From: Albugo candida | Lineage: Eukaryota | DNA length: 30,624 bases | Direction: 5' to 3' | NCBI GenBank assembly: GCA_040437565.1 | Contig: JBDOQK010000024.1 | Location: forward strand, 434,001 to 464,624 | In this document: one piece after another, positions 1 through 11,901 of the stretch | How positions within the stretch are numbered: position 1 is the first letter of the stretch | Layout of the letters: each line of letters starts with the position of its first letter | Program-made: the position numbers and the translations under genes | The notes under the pieces: generated by a model | The model's input: only the letters and a program-made list of their open reading frames with translations | Databases searched by the model: none | What the model was told of the DNA's origin: nothing

Positions 1-1008
1 CGGCTCAAGATCAATGTCAACATCACTGAATTCATCGTCATCTCGAATGTGATTGCTTTCTTCGTTCTGCTGCACACCTAATGATGCGGACGTGAGCTCT
101 TTTTTCGTTCGCTGATCCGAATTCGACGACACGTTTGTCACTGAGAGCCATATGATCAGATCAACAACGCCTCTGGACGTCTGCAAGAATGATAATGCGC
201 TTTGCGTTTTGACTGTGATGGAAATCGATCGGTATCGGTCGGCGATCACATACGCCAGCCATAAGGAGATGACCACAAACTGATAGACGAGATAGGTGAA
301 TGTGGAAATTCGAGCGATTTGGATGACGTCTTTCTTCACATGCAATGCTTCTCGCATGCCCGCAAACGTATGCGATCGCTTCTCCAAAACGGAAAAGGCT
401 ACAGCAGACAGAACACAAATTATCACAATGCTGTAATACACGAGCAACGATTCAGTATCAGTCTCATTGATCGCACAATTCACCACTTTGCGATTTCTAT
501 GGATTTCACTGTCAGAAAGCCATAAACCCAAGCCGACTAAACCTCCCGTCGTCCACGCAAACCAATGATAAAATACCATATTTTGCTTTGTATTTGTGAA
601 AGGATTCGTACAAGACTGGTATAAATCAAGGGACATATTAAGGAACCAGCATTCGGAAGAAACTGCTACCGATTGAGTGAGAATGCCTAGCACTCGACAC
701 TGCGCGCTGGTCGCAAGGTATTGATTCCAGCTAAGCTCAAATCGAACGGCATATACCAAATCGACCACAGCCTTCCAATACAGAATGGGATTGGGATGAC
801 GTCGCCACTTTTTCCGACGCGAGTACATTAACACAATGATCGCACAGCTTATCATCGATACAAAAGCGCCTGTATGCGCATACAAAATGTGTATATTTTC
901 ATTGTACTGAATCACAAACGGATGCGAGGTTGGGATAGCGATCAATGTTGTCGGTTTAGAAGACAACGCAGCTAAGCCGTTCACAGCACTTTGTTTAATC
1001 GTATTCAT
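1..1008 (-). CDS. 7TM GPCR domain protein, probably the N-terminal half of an oomycete GPCR-PIP kinase (GK family); 3' end lies outside the window
   Basis: Manual translation from ATG at 1008 (in-frame TAG just upstream) is stop-free for 336 codons to base 1, so the ORF track misses it. It has about seven hydrophobic segments and the motifs WRRHPNPILYWKAVVDL, SSECWFLNMSLDLYQSCTNPF, YHWFAW and RGVVDLIIW, ending in DIDLEP. These resemble oomycete GPCR-PIPK 7TM domains and the start of their linker. The kinase domain is not visible. Confidence 0.8.
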   Translation of the reverse strand, partial: MNTIKQSAVNGLAALSSKPTTLIAIPTSHPFVIQYNENIHILYAHTGAFVSMISCAIIVLMYSRRKKWRRHPNPILYWKAVVDLVYAVRFELSWNQYLATSAQCRVLGILTQSVAVSSECWFLNMSLDLYQSCTNPFTNTKQNMVFYHWFAWTTGGLVGLGLWLSDSEIHRNRKVVNCAINETDTESLLVYYSIVIICVLSAVAFSVLEKRSHTFAGMREALHVKKDVIQIARISTFTYLVYQFVVISLWLAYVIADRYRSISITVKTQSALSFLQTSRGVVDLIIWLSVTNVSSNSDQRTKKELTSASLGVQQNEESNHIRDDDEFSDVDIDLEP

Positions 1009-1095
1009 CTAATCGGACAAGAGTGAAACCTATGAGTAATCCCTTCGCAAATTTCGGCCATGTAAAGGAACGATCCACAAAAGCAGCCGATGAGA

Positions 1096-1138
1096 CCAAT
1101 CAATCTTTCTGAAATCTTTTGAAAAGGCGTGATTGGCT
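1096..1138. promoter_or_regulatory. Two opposed CCAAT boxes in a divergent intergenic region
   Basis: CCAATCA at 1096-1102 and TGATTGGCT at 1130-1138, about 90-130 bp upstream of the GPCR ATG; similar to the oomycete CCAAT motif. Confidence 0.45.
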
Positions 1139-1188
1139 ACAAGTATCTGACTACATTAACGTAGGAAGGATATGGAGCCTCTTGCAGG

Positions 1189-1386
1189 ATGGGTTTTCTG
1201 CGCTACGGCGAGGGATCTATCGACTATCGTGCACTGTCTTGTGCTACGCTAGACAAAGTAGAGGTCTCACTCTTCGAATGCGCCATCCAGCTTCTATTAT
1301 TGTTCGCTATTGTGTCTGTAGTAGTCTCTTTACTCAGCTACCTATCTCCTAAATTTCCTATGGGAATCGATTCAACCGAAACATAG
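1189..1386 (+). CDS. Possible 65-aa single-TM microprotein
   Basis: ATG-initiated ORF with one strongly hydrophobic stretch (AIQLLLLFAIVSVVVSLLSYL), just downstream of the CCAAT boxes. No recognisable homology. Confidence 0.25.
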   Translation: MGFLRYGEGSIDYRALSCATLDKVEVSLFECAIQLLLLFAIVSVVVSLLSYLSPKFPMGIDSTET

Positions 1387-1576
1387 CTCTACGTTTTCGC
1401 TTCCTCGTATGACACCCGCCTTTCTAGCGGTGACATTATCTGCCGTTAAAGTCCTTTTGACGCTTCCTGGTGCTCGAGTCACGTAATGCTGACGCCACTC
1501 AGCGTGGTACACACGAATGAACATGATGTATTCCTTCTAACGGCATTGAGATACTAACGAGAACCTAACGGTTGAA

Positions 1577-3345
1577 ATGGGCAATTCGCACGAGAAAAGT
1601 AGTGAATACAAAGGTCCATTCGGCGACATTGTGGGTTTCATTCCTTCACACAATAAGTCGACATGTTCGAATAACAGCGTTACNNNNNNNNNNNNNNNNN
1701 NNNNNNNNNNNNNNNNNNNNNNNNNNNNNNNNNNNNNNNNNNNNNNNNNNNNNNNNNNNNNNNNNNNNNNNNNNNNNNNNNNNATTCGGCGACATTGTGG
1801 GTTTCATTCCTTCACACAATAAGTCGACATGTTCGAATAACAGCGTTACCGTTTAGGAATACGACCAACTCGCACGTAAATATGAAGCGCTAACAAAATC
1901 ACGCAAAAGCGACGATATACACGCGAATTTCAAGGTATCATTAAAGGTGAACATTCGCATAAGACTGATTTTACGCTGATATCAGACCGCTTTCCATCTT
2001 TACGTACCCGATACAATGCCACCGCACTTGCGAACGCCATTGGAAGACTTTGGAGTGTTTATATATCGCTTATGTGCGCTGCAAAATGAGTCAAATGCAA
2101 GCGATACGATCGGACACATTTCTTTACCATCTTTTGTTCGAGCGGGTCGGTTAATAGCGAAAAAGCGAGCTAAACTCTCACGTCTGCTACGATAGTCACT
2201 CGTTGTACCCGTCTATCGCCGCAATCGATTCTCACTTCCATATATTCTCTATTTGATCCACAAGGATGCAATGCGATTGAGAGGAGTCAAATGCAGCTTT
2301 TATTTCTCTCTGTGTTGCTGATGATGCAGGAGAATGAAGCAGTTCCCTCGACAGCCTATATAGAAGTCACAGAAGCTCTGACAACCGCATTGATGAGCGA
2401 CAACGACACTGTGCAATCTGAGCAATTCGTACAATGGACTACTTCCGTTCTTCCACTATTGTACTCTGTTATCTCCACGTGGATGTCGTCAAAAGCTTTG
2501 GAAACATTTGCAACAAGGAGCTACTCGTCCCCAAAGCTCACCCATCGATCCGAAATTCTTTCATTGTAAGAAGCTTTTATCGCAATGTTTGGTTTATCAA
2601 TCAAATAGCATCTGACAGACCGCAATTCCACTTGCTATCGTGCGTAACGACTCATCTGCAAGGCGATATCGATCGTATTTACACAAGCATGGAAGACGGA
2701 CTCAGTTACAATCGCTTGTGTTTTCACCTTTTGGGGTATTCCGGGCCGACTTTGATCGTCATTCAAGATGTAGAAGGAGGTAGGAGCGCGCAAGGTACGA
2801 GCATTTCAGACTCATTCTTTTCGTTTGTAGCGATATTTGGAGCCTTTTGTGACACGGAATGGAAAGAATCCAATCGATTTTACGGTGGAAATGGATGCTT
2901 TCTATTTCGCTTCAGACCTGATTTTCACATATATCGGGCTGCCACGTTACATCAAAGTGGAAATCACATGTATCTCAACACAAAAGGATTCAGTCTTCCT
3001 CGAGGCCTCGGTGTAGGCGGTGATCTGACTGAATTTCGTATGTTTCTGAGCGAGGATTTTGATGAGAATTGCTACACGACGACGCGATGTCTGTCGTATG
3101 AACCGGGTCCTTTGTCGAGTAGAAAGCGCTTCAGCATCGCTTTGTTGGAAGTTTGGGGATGTGGTGGGGAGGAAAGTATGCTGAAACAAAAAGCTCATCG
3201 ACAGGACACCGCCGATATGATTGCTCATGCTCGAAAGGTTGACAAAGCTCAATTCGTCGGCAATGATTTCGATAAAGAAATGTTTTTGGGGCGCACATTC
3301 GGTCATGGAACAAATCAAGCTCGTGTCGTGGAAGACCAGTCATAG
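1577..3345 (+). CDS. TLDc domain protein with probable N-myristoylation site and an EF-hand-like segment; multi-exon
   Basis: Starts MGNSHEKS. GT-AG introns join EYDQLARKY..., TAFHLYVP..., LFDPQGCNAIERSQMQLL... and the TLDc domain (IYTSMEDGLSYNRL, YSGPTLIVIQD, IFGAF, FYGGNGCFLF, GLGVGG, LEVWGCGG). Introns include 2566-2618 and 2780-2830. Gap 1684-1783 has duplicated flanks. Confidence 0.88.
1618..1849. other. Assembly gap (N 1684-1783) with 66-bp duplicated flanks
   Basis: 1618-1683 is repeated at 1784-1849. Confidence 0.9.
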
Positions 3346-3393
3346 CATGCACAGTGAGAATGTGGACAATGTGCAACTTGCGCTGTATTTGTA

Positions 3394-5738
3394 TCATGTA
3401 GACCTTCTTCTACGAGATGCTGAAAGACTATTGTTTTGTGTTTGTTGCGCTACTTGTTCCTGAATCAAAGGTGGCTCGAGTTCATCCATTTCTTCAATTC
3501 GATCGTTTCCAGAGGTTTCGTTACTATCACTGGGATCAAAGTGACGCCGTCTCGATGACGCGAATACGTTGCAATTTTCATCATCGTCGTAATCGCCTCG
3601 ATATGCTTTACAAACACGTAATTTCCCTTGCTTTGTACCATAAATGAATCCTCCACCAGGAATCGGATTGAACAAGGCGATATTCACGTCGTCAGTGTCG
3701 CTTTCCACGTGAGAAAGAAGCTTCATATCGTCCCAGCGATATATTCTAGTCACGCGATGTGTCGAAACCATATTTTCCCTTGCACAAAAAAAGAGTGAGC
3801 TTTAAGAGAAAAGTCGCAACAACAGACCGCACCTTTGCATGCGATCACGCACTCCGTAGCCGAGTAATGCATACGCCGATACTGGAGAAATCTTGACAGA
3901 CGTGACTCCACCTGCCAGCGTTTCTGCCAAGTGACAGGTTTGTATAATCTTGCCTAGATCATTGGCTTCAAGAGATATCAAGGTAAGCCATGTCGACTGA
4001 ACCTCGGAAGCGAGCTGATATCGTTGCGCGCGTTGCGCTCGAGAGAAGCGCAAGCGACTTAGTGCGATATTTGGTCGTATCTGAGGATGTCCTTGTGATA
4101 CCAACTGAGGTCGTCCTGGCGATCGAGCCATTCCAAAGGGATACTGACGATGCAATTGAACGCTGGTTTGCTGTAATCGCGCACGTACACGACGAAAATG
4201 CTGATTCATATACTCGTCCATGGTACTTGAAAAGTCAAAGGATGCCGAATGCGCCATTGAAACAGTGTTGAGGGTTTGCAGTGATGGAAGGCTCATTTGT
4301 CTGGACCGATTATTGGAATGATGTTGCGGTAGAGTTGGCAGCGCGACGTTCTGTATACTTGGAATCGCATTATGCACGGATATACGCGGGATCGGGACTT
4401 GATTCACTTCATCGTTAGAGCTGGATCCATCTTGAACGCTGTCATGCGCGAGAATTTGCTCGAGATCGTTGATTGCTTCCATCTCCAGCTCTTTCTCAGC
4501 TTGACGCAACGAGAGATCCGCACAAATTGCGAGATACCGCCCACATTTCGAGATATCAAAGCCTCCATCGTTATAGATCAATGCATGTGACAACACTACT
4601 CGGCTATTATGCATCGCTTTCTTCAAAGCCGATGGCTCGGTTGATAGAGCCCACGTCGGATCGAAATCCCATAACGTGATCGTTACAGTCAGATCGGATG
4701 AAGATGCATGCCCCTGTGGTCGCTACTCATTCAGAAAAAAAATCAGTACCGATGCTTCTGAGTTATAAATCGTACATTATAGCGTTCATTTGCTTCTCCA
4801 ACCAAAATTTTGGAATGATCCGGCAGGAAAGTAACGGAACGTAATGTCTGATAGCTGAACATTGCAATACGAGGGCAACTATGCTGTAAGATATCAACCG
4901 TTAGTCAACGGATACAAATCGAACGACATGAACTGGACCTGGTAATCCCATGTGTAGACGCACGTTCCACTGGCGATCGCAAGAATATCTCCTGAAGGAT
5001 GGAATGAAATCGATATGATTGCATGGCGAAGTGCTGTGACGTATAAACATCGCCCTGATTCGATATCCCAAAATCTACAGAACGATTGAGTGTCTTTGTA
5101 TACAATTGCGTAATGATCGATATACCTCACTTGGAATCCCAGGCATCCGGAAGCAACAAATCTCGAATTGGTTGGATGAAACTTGACACTCCACGGCGTT
5201 CGGGGATGTCCGACCAGCGTCTAAAGGAAATAAGGTAGTGCGAGATCAATGAGGTACCCCAATTGATAACCAACCTGCAGAATCCTTCCGGTCTCATAGC
5301 ATATGATCTTCACAGTATGGTCTCCATGAGTAGATGCAAACAGTTTTCTATGCGATAGGACCGTTTATCACTTCAGCGAAAGTATTGAAGTGATATAAAT
5401 GCTTACCCGTTCGGACTGATAGCGATAGAGATTGTCGATTTGGTGGTGTCGGGAAGTTGAGAATAGCGACTCGAATGCTAATAAGTGATTGTGAATTGTC
5501 GATCGTGTCGAGGAATAGTGAAGAAAATACCAGTTTATACTTTGATTGCACTTTGTTGCTCCAGCCAGCCTTCTTCCGTACGAATAGAAGCTTTATTGCT
5601 CGTCAAACTTCCACATTCCCGAAGCTTTAGCATTTGTTGTATATTCTGTAGTGAATTCGTACTTTGGAAAGAGTATGGAGCTCCTACAGGATTCAAATCA
5701 CTGAGAGCACGTTCCCATAGCTTTGTACCCGGTTCCAT
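3394..5738 (-). CDS. AMBRA1: AMBRA1-like WD40 protein (DCAF-type); multi-exon
   Basis: Spliced exons give STISIAISPNGKLFASTHGDHTVKI, LVGHPRTPWSVKFHP, VASGCLGFQVRFWDI, ISISFHPSGDILAIAS, IYNDGGFDISKCGRYLA, VTSVKISP and DVNIALFNPIPGGGFIYGTKQGKLRV, matching AMBRA1-family blades. The start codon and one internal splice are tentative. Confidence 0.8.
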
Positions 5739-5829
5739 AAAGCAAGGAACAATTACAAAACGAGGAGATCAAAGTGTGCGCAGGGGCTCGGAAGTTTTTT
5801 ATTTACTGAAAATGTATCAGTTGCTTCGA

Positions 5830-6007
5830 TTTAGGTTGCATGAATGTAGCACAAAGGTGGACAATACTNNNNNNNNNNNNNNNNNNNNNNNNNNNNNNNN
5901 NNNNNNNNNNNNNNNNNNNNNNNNNNNNNNNNNNNNNNNNNNNNNNNNNNNNNNNNNNNNNNNNNNNNTTTAGGTTGCATGAATGTAGCACAAAGGTGGA
6001 CAATACT
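5830..6007. other. Assembly gap (N 5869-5968) with 39-bp duplicated flanks
   Basis: 5830-5868 is repeated at 5969-6007. Confidence 0.9.
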
Positions 6008-6118
6008 TGCAGTAAAAACCAATGAATAAATAGGAAAGACTGCGCGTCCGTGCGCTTGTACACCGCAAACTATGGAGCACATTTCAATTGCTCATTGGCT
6101 ATATCTCATCAGCATCCA

Positions 6119-7682
6119 ATGAGCGTCACAAAGCGTATCGGAATCGTCGGCGCTGGCGCAGCGGGACTGAGTATGTGGCCTATGTGATGACACTATTTAA
6201 TTGTGCATCCATGCTTCAGTTGTGGCGAAAACACTACGTGCTGCCAATTTCAACATAACTGTGTTTGAGAAATCAAACTTTCTCGGAGGTTTATGGAAGT
6301 ACTCGGATCAAACGCACACGGATGCTACTCTTTATGAGGTTTGAATTCGATGTATATCGATTCTTTGAGTGTGATTTGTGTACTTTAGTCACTGCATACA
6401 AACTTACCGACAACTGTCATGCAATTGAGCGATTTCCCTTTCGACAAAGACATTCCATCGTTCCCTTCCCATACTCAAATGCTGGAATACCTCGAGCAGT
6501 ATACTGCACATTTCGAGGTAAGCGACTATGAAAGAGGTGTGGAGTGGTCTATGACAGTCGAATGCATATAGATGTCGGAGGTGGTTCAGTTGGGCTGTCA
6601 CGTGGAAAGGATTGAGTCGGTCCAAACAGCCGACAAATCTTTGAAAGTTTGTTTACATTGGAAGAAACAGAACAAGTCAATGGTGGAGACATTTGATAAA
6701 GTTGTGATATGTAATGGGCATTTCGCAAAACCGGCATACCCAACGATCAGAGGGATGCATTTCTTTGAAGGCATGCAAGCTCATTCTCACGATTATCGCA
6801 CACCAAAACTGTACGAGAATAAAAGTATCCTTTTGATCGGAAAAGGACCTTCCGGGGACGACATCTCGAAAGAATTGGTGAATTGCGGTGCAAAAGAAGT
6901 GATTGTGTCGTATCCGGGGTACAATACATCTGACCGTGATAGCATTTTGGAGGATGCGAGTCAGACAAGTGAGAAGCGCTTATTAAAGCCTCCTATACAG
7001 TACATCGACCACGATAAAACCTTTGTGTTTCAGGATGGAACACAATGTGCTGCTCCCGATGTCATTATGTACTGCACTGGATATCAGTACACTGTCATGG
7101 ATCTCGTGCCGGATGGACTCCTTTTTCCGAACAGTAAAGCTGCACATGGATTTTCTTCGACTATGCAACAATCTGCTCAATTTCGCTCTATAATGGAGGA
7201 GGCAGCAAACGGGAAAATGGTGGCACCGCTCTATGAGCATATACTCTCTATACAGAACCCAAACATCGCATTTGTCGGCTTACCATCCAAAGTGGTGCCA
7301 TTCTTATGCTTTGAGTTGCAAGCAAAATGGCTCAGCGCTGTGTACAAAGGCGATCTAAAATTCACAAAATCAGAAATGATTCAGCAGTTTTGGAATCAAG
7401 TGATGCAATCCGAGTCCGCAATGCGTAAATTCCATGTGTTGGGGACCATGCAGCCCGCGTATATGAGGTTTGTGCCAATTCAGGATGCAGTGCCTGCTAT
7501 TCACACCATTGTCTCCCAGAAAGCTCGCAATGCAAAGCAACACAACACTCGATGAGAAAGTATTGGACATGTACGATGATTGTGCTATCCTGCGAAAATC
7601 ACATCCGTTTGATTACCGCAAAGCTCAGTACCATTACGATGTTGAACGGAAGACTTGGACACGCCAGCTGCCAGCGAAATAG
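6119..7682 (+). CDS. Flavin-containing monooxygenase (class B FMO); about 5 exons
   Basis: MSVTKRIGIVGAGAAGL (FAD GxGxxG), VFEK...GGLW, SLHTNLP, CNGHFAKP, FMO fingerprint FEGMQAHSHDY (FxGxxxHxxxY), NADPH-binding GKGPSG and YCTGY. The last exon after an intron near 7467-7519 ends at TAG 7680-7682. Confidence 0.93.
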
Positions 7683-7800
7683 CAAGTCACACGAGATAAG
7701 GTCTCCAGATCCACTTGCTTGGAAGAAAGCCTGTTAGATACAACAAGACAGCATTGTATAGATTCTACACACATTTGGCAGGGCACTTGTCTCCTAATTT

Positions 7801-10800
7801 CTACAGTTTTGACCACTTCAGATACGAAAGTACGTGCACGGCAGTGTCACGAACATCAGGATCGGATTCCTGCTCGACGCTTGCCAGCGAACTTACAACA
7901 TTCAGCACATGATTCGTCAATGCGTCGTCCTTGAGCTCTTGAACAAGCAGATTGAGTGTTCGCAATGCTCGGAAACGCAAATTTGGAGTGCGAGAATTGC
8001 ATTCTTCCATCACGACCTTTATAACATCATCCAGCTTTCCGACCTTGTGCAATTTTACAGCCAGCTTCTCGATAGCGCACAGGCCTGTAAGCTTACCATT
8101 GAATGTGGATTGCATGCTGTTCATGATAGCCTTCAAGACATCGGATACGAGCCACTCATTTCCAAGACAATTGACAAGGTTGACAAGGTCGTTGCAGCAA
8201 GCCCATCGGACCTCATGAATTGGATCTTCTAGAAATCCCAAATAGTTTGTAGCAAAATCGCTGGGAAACGCACAACTATCCGCACGATTTGCCCATGCAG
8301 CGATACAATGGATTGATTGTACGCGAATTCGCCAAGATGGAGAATGAATGAGCTTCCGTAACACGGGAAAGCTCAAACTCAGGAGCAATTCAGCCGACTT
8401 GTTGCAATTCCGGGTCGTCTCCTCAAGCAATGCAGCTCGAACACTCGAATCTTGACTTTCATCTAGACACTGAGTAAATATGGGAACAAGATCTTCGTAA
8501 TTTTGCTCTCCAATGAGACTCAATGATTTACCCACAAATCGTGCAAGCGCTAGTCTCACAATCACAGAAGCATCCGTTGCCAATCCATACGTTGCAGGGA
8601 GAATAGACCGAACGATCTTGTTCTGTGTTGCTACGATCAGCTCACGTGGGTTTCCTTCTGCTGCGCTATCGTTTTGAAGTTCGAGTTGCGCCACCTGATG
8701 TACCATGCGCCCCACAACTTCACCAGTGGACGACTCATGTTCCTCGGTATCCATCTTCTGGTCGTCTTCTGTCGTCGATACGGATGCAGTGATATTGCCA
8801 CTATTGAGTTTGATCATCGATTCTGCCATATCGTACGCGATCTCCACGCAAGCTTTGCGTACTTCCATTGTTGGATCGCGTATAATCCCAATAAAATGAT
8901 CAACAAAGACATCGGCATATTCCTTACCAAAAATCAGACATAAAGAAGGAAGCATTCGGGCTGCTTCCACACGCACTTGCCAGGACGTATCGCATACGTA
9001 AGAATTCACCAGAGGAACCATTTGACAGTACAACAAGCGCAAAGAAGGATCAAGTCGCTTCATTTCGCACAATTGCGGATTTGTATCGGGTTCGAGAAGA
9101 ACGGCTCGAAGGATATTGGCAACTTGTAAGTAACTTTTGACGGCAAATGTTCGCACAATATCGTGATTATCGGACGTCGCTTTCTCCAGCAGATGAACGA
9201 TCCACTCGAGCTTGCAGCTTCCAACCACATTTGCAAGCTGAGCCAAAATCGAAGTAACTGCACGTCGTACAAGAGGATTGTCATCAAGAGCCAGTCGATC
9301 CACCATACCTCGTAATTGAACGAGGATGTCTCCTGATGTTCGCGCATACACATCTGAAAGTATTGCGATAGGAACGATTCGAGCAGTTGGGCTGGAACTT
9401 GTACTCAATTTTGAAATCAGCGGAATGATCATTGTATCGACTTCTTCATCCGACATCGCCTTTATCAGTTCTCGCAAGCAGTGAACCATCGCATCCCAAG
9501 TTGCATGATTCTCAATGATTGCGAGGCTTTCCAAAACGTACAGAATCAATGCGATAAGCAACTGATATCTCGTTCTCCTCTCTTCAAGCGAGGCGCTGCT
9601 GGCTTCACCACTTTCTTCTCTCGAGCAATTTGACTGATGATAGAGTTGAGCTATGCGTTTTCCTAATGAGCCCAAGATATAAATTGTTCGAATGACGACA
9701 CTCTCTCCTTTATCGTCGTGACTGTGAATGGTGCCGAAAAGATTCAGCAAATACCGACGTTCGGCTGACATTTCTGCACGTGTCGAACCATGCTGTTGCA
9801 CTCGGTCAAATGATGCTTTGAGAACTGATTCTACCCTCGAGTTTGGCAAAATTNNNNNNNNNNNNNNNNNNNNNNNNNNNNNNNNNNNNNNNNNNNNNNN
9901 NNNNNNNNNNNNNNNNNNNNNNNNNNNNNNNNNNNNNNNNNNNNNNNNNNNNNAGCCCAAGATATAAATTGTTCGAATGACGACACTCTCTCCTTTATCG
10001 TCGTGACTGTGAATGGTGCCGAAAAGATTCAGCAAATACCGACGTTCGGCTGACATTTCTGCACGTGTCGAACCATGCTGTTGCACTCGGTCAAATGATG
10101 CTTTGAGAACTGATTCTACCCTCGAGTTTGGCAAAATTTGGGTCAAGAACGCATCGCGCGCTGCATCTTCGTTTGATAAAGATTGCTCACAATTATCCAG
10201 ATCATCGAGGGTCAAATATCGAAAGATACCGCAACAAAATTCCATTGGAAAATGCAGTATTGCTTGATGAATCTTGGCTTGAAAAACTCGGAACGACATT
10301 CGGTCTTGTTCTGGTACAGGACGCTCAGTTTTTGGTTGACGAATGTTCATACAAAGCTGCTTTCTTAACGATTTGTAATCGCTCGCTGAAATTACAATCA
10401 ACTTGAGATGTAGAGGTCGTTCTGCACGCTCGATTCTCGATAAAGCTTCTTTATGCGTCAGATTTGTGATGTATTCGTTGTTTAGACCGACTAACCAACT
10501 GGACCGCTTTACACCAGCTTTCGCTGCGGCCCCCGTGGGTTTGATATCAACCACCACTGTTCTCTACACGATCCAATATGTCAAGATTTGGGAATTCTAT
10601 CAAAGCGAAATGTCACGCACCTCCAAGATGTTCTCAACTGTCAGCCCAAGCGGACCAACTGGAATTACTGCTTCATAAATCACACCCTTTGTGCATTTCT
10701 CCGGACAAGAAGGGTCCCAGTCGTAGCCGATAATGTGACGAAAATCTGGAACTGTTCGATGCTCATCAAAGTAATTGTTCAAAGCAACGTCAGTGTTTAA

Positions 10801-11901
10801 GTCGGCCATCAACAATACTTCCAGAATAGATTGCATGTTTGCGGATTGGTCGTCAATTGTTGCCCCAATGATGCCGGCGACCTGTTCCAAGTGCGTCAAT
10901 CCGTATGACATTGACGGTGTTTCACTTGCCTGTATCTCCAATTTATCGGAATCAGCTAGCGAGACATTGACCACATCACACGTTGACAATGTGTCGGATT
11001 TCACAGCTGTATCGATCGTTTTGATTTCAACACATGAGTCACTTAGCCGTGATTCACAGATCGAATGTGGTTGCAACGGACGCTCAGATGACCCGTCCAC
11101 GTGGTGTATATCCTGTGGCCGTCGTAGGCGTAAAATAGAAGGGATTAATACTACCTCACGTGATAGCTCATTTTGTAACTCGGCTGCATTCAATCGGTCC
11201 ACCACGATGTCATTCACCGAGATGAGCACATCGGCTTTGAGCACACCAGCACGACCAGCAACACCTTTTGGTTCAACATTTTGCACTACAAGACGACCAA
11301 AGATATTTCCGATTTCCCATCCCAAAACACCCTTCTCCGAGATCGAGATCTCATACACACCCGAATCTGTGGTCCCTACGCAAGGTGCTTCGTAGCAATC
11401 GTCATCCTCAGCAGACAGGCGTGCGATCTTATTCAACGGCGAAGTGAGTGGTTTAAGATAGTGAGAAGCAATCGGTAAGAGCCCAGTTTGTTTGGTATCT
11501 TCTTCGATGAGTGGAGAAGGTTTCTGCATCGCATCATTACTTACTGCCATTTCCTCGCAAAGTGTGTTGCCTTCCGTAAAGTATAGCTCCACGGCTTCGT
11601 GCACGTTATTATTAGTTCTCTTTAGCAAATTCATCAAAGTCTCGACTTGCACATGTCCGCCGAGGATATCTCTCAGCTCATGCACCTGTTTATGGTTTCG
11701 AGCGTCGAGAGCCTCGGGCAAGTCCGAGTATGGATTCCGAATGTTTTGATAGTAATAGTCCAAAGCTTTGTTTGGATCGCCATCAGCTCTGACCAGGAAC
11801 TCAATCAGCTGTTCCCGAGAGACTTTTTTCTTCGCTTTGGACGGATTTCCCATTATCACACTTTGTAAGACTTCAATCACATTATCGTCAATTTTGTCCA
11901 T
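7801..11901 (-). CDS. Multidomain protein: UBA-like x2, PDZ, UBA-like, PDZ, then PP2A A-subunit/PP4R1-like HEAT repeats (~1250 aa after gap correction)
   Basis: The 441-aa and 918-aa ORFs join in frame through a GT-AG intron at 10564-10620 (ENILE|RTVVVDI). UBA-like helices: FLVRADGDPNKALDYYY, LLKRTNNNVHEAVELYF, LLMADLNTDVALNNYF. PDZ motifs: GVLGWEI...GVAGRAGVLKADVLISVND and GPLGLTV...GAAAKAGVKRSSWLVGLNN. HEAT motifs: DDNPLVRR, DNHDIVR, DTSWQVR, DPTMEVRK, SPSWRIR, EDPIHEVR, DPDVR. Confidence 0.85.
9669..10138. other. Assembly gap (N 9854-9953) with 185-bp duplicated flanks
   Basis: 9669-9853 is repeated at 9954-10138; the 285-nt excess happens to keep the frame. Confidence 0.9.

Noticed and set aside
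9669-10138. Apparent internal ~62-aa tandem repeat in the HEAT protein
   Set aside because: Identical copies directly flank a 100-N gap; this is an unmerged contig overlap.
10775-11395. 206-aa plus-strand ORF and the many other short antisense ORFs
   Set aside because: Antisense shadows of well-supported coding regions, with no motifs of their own.
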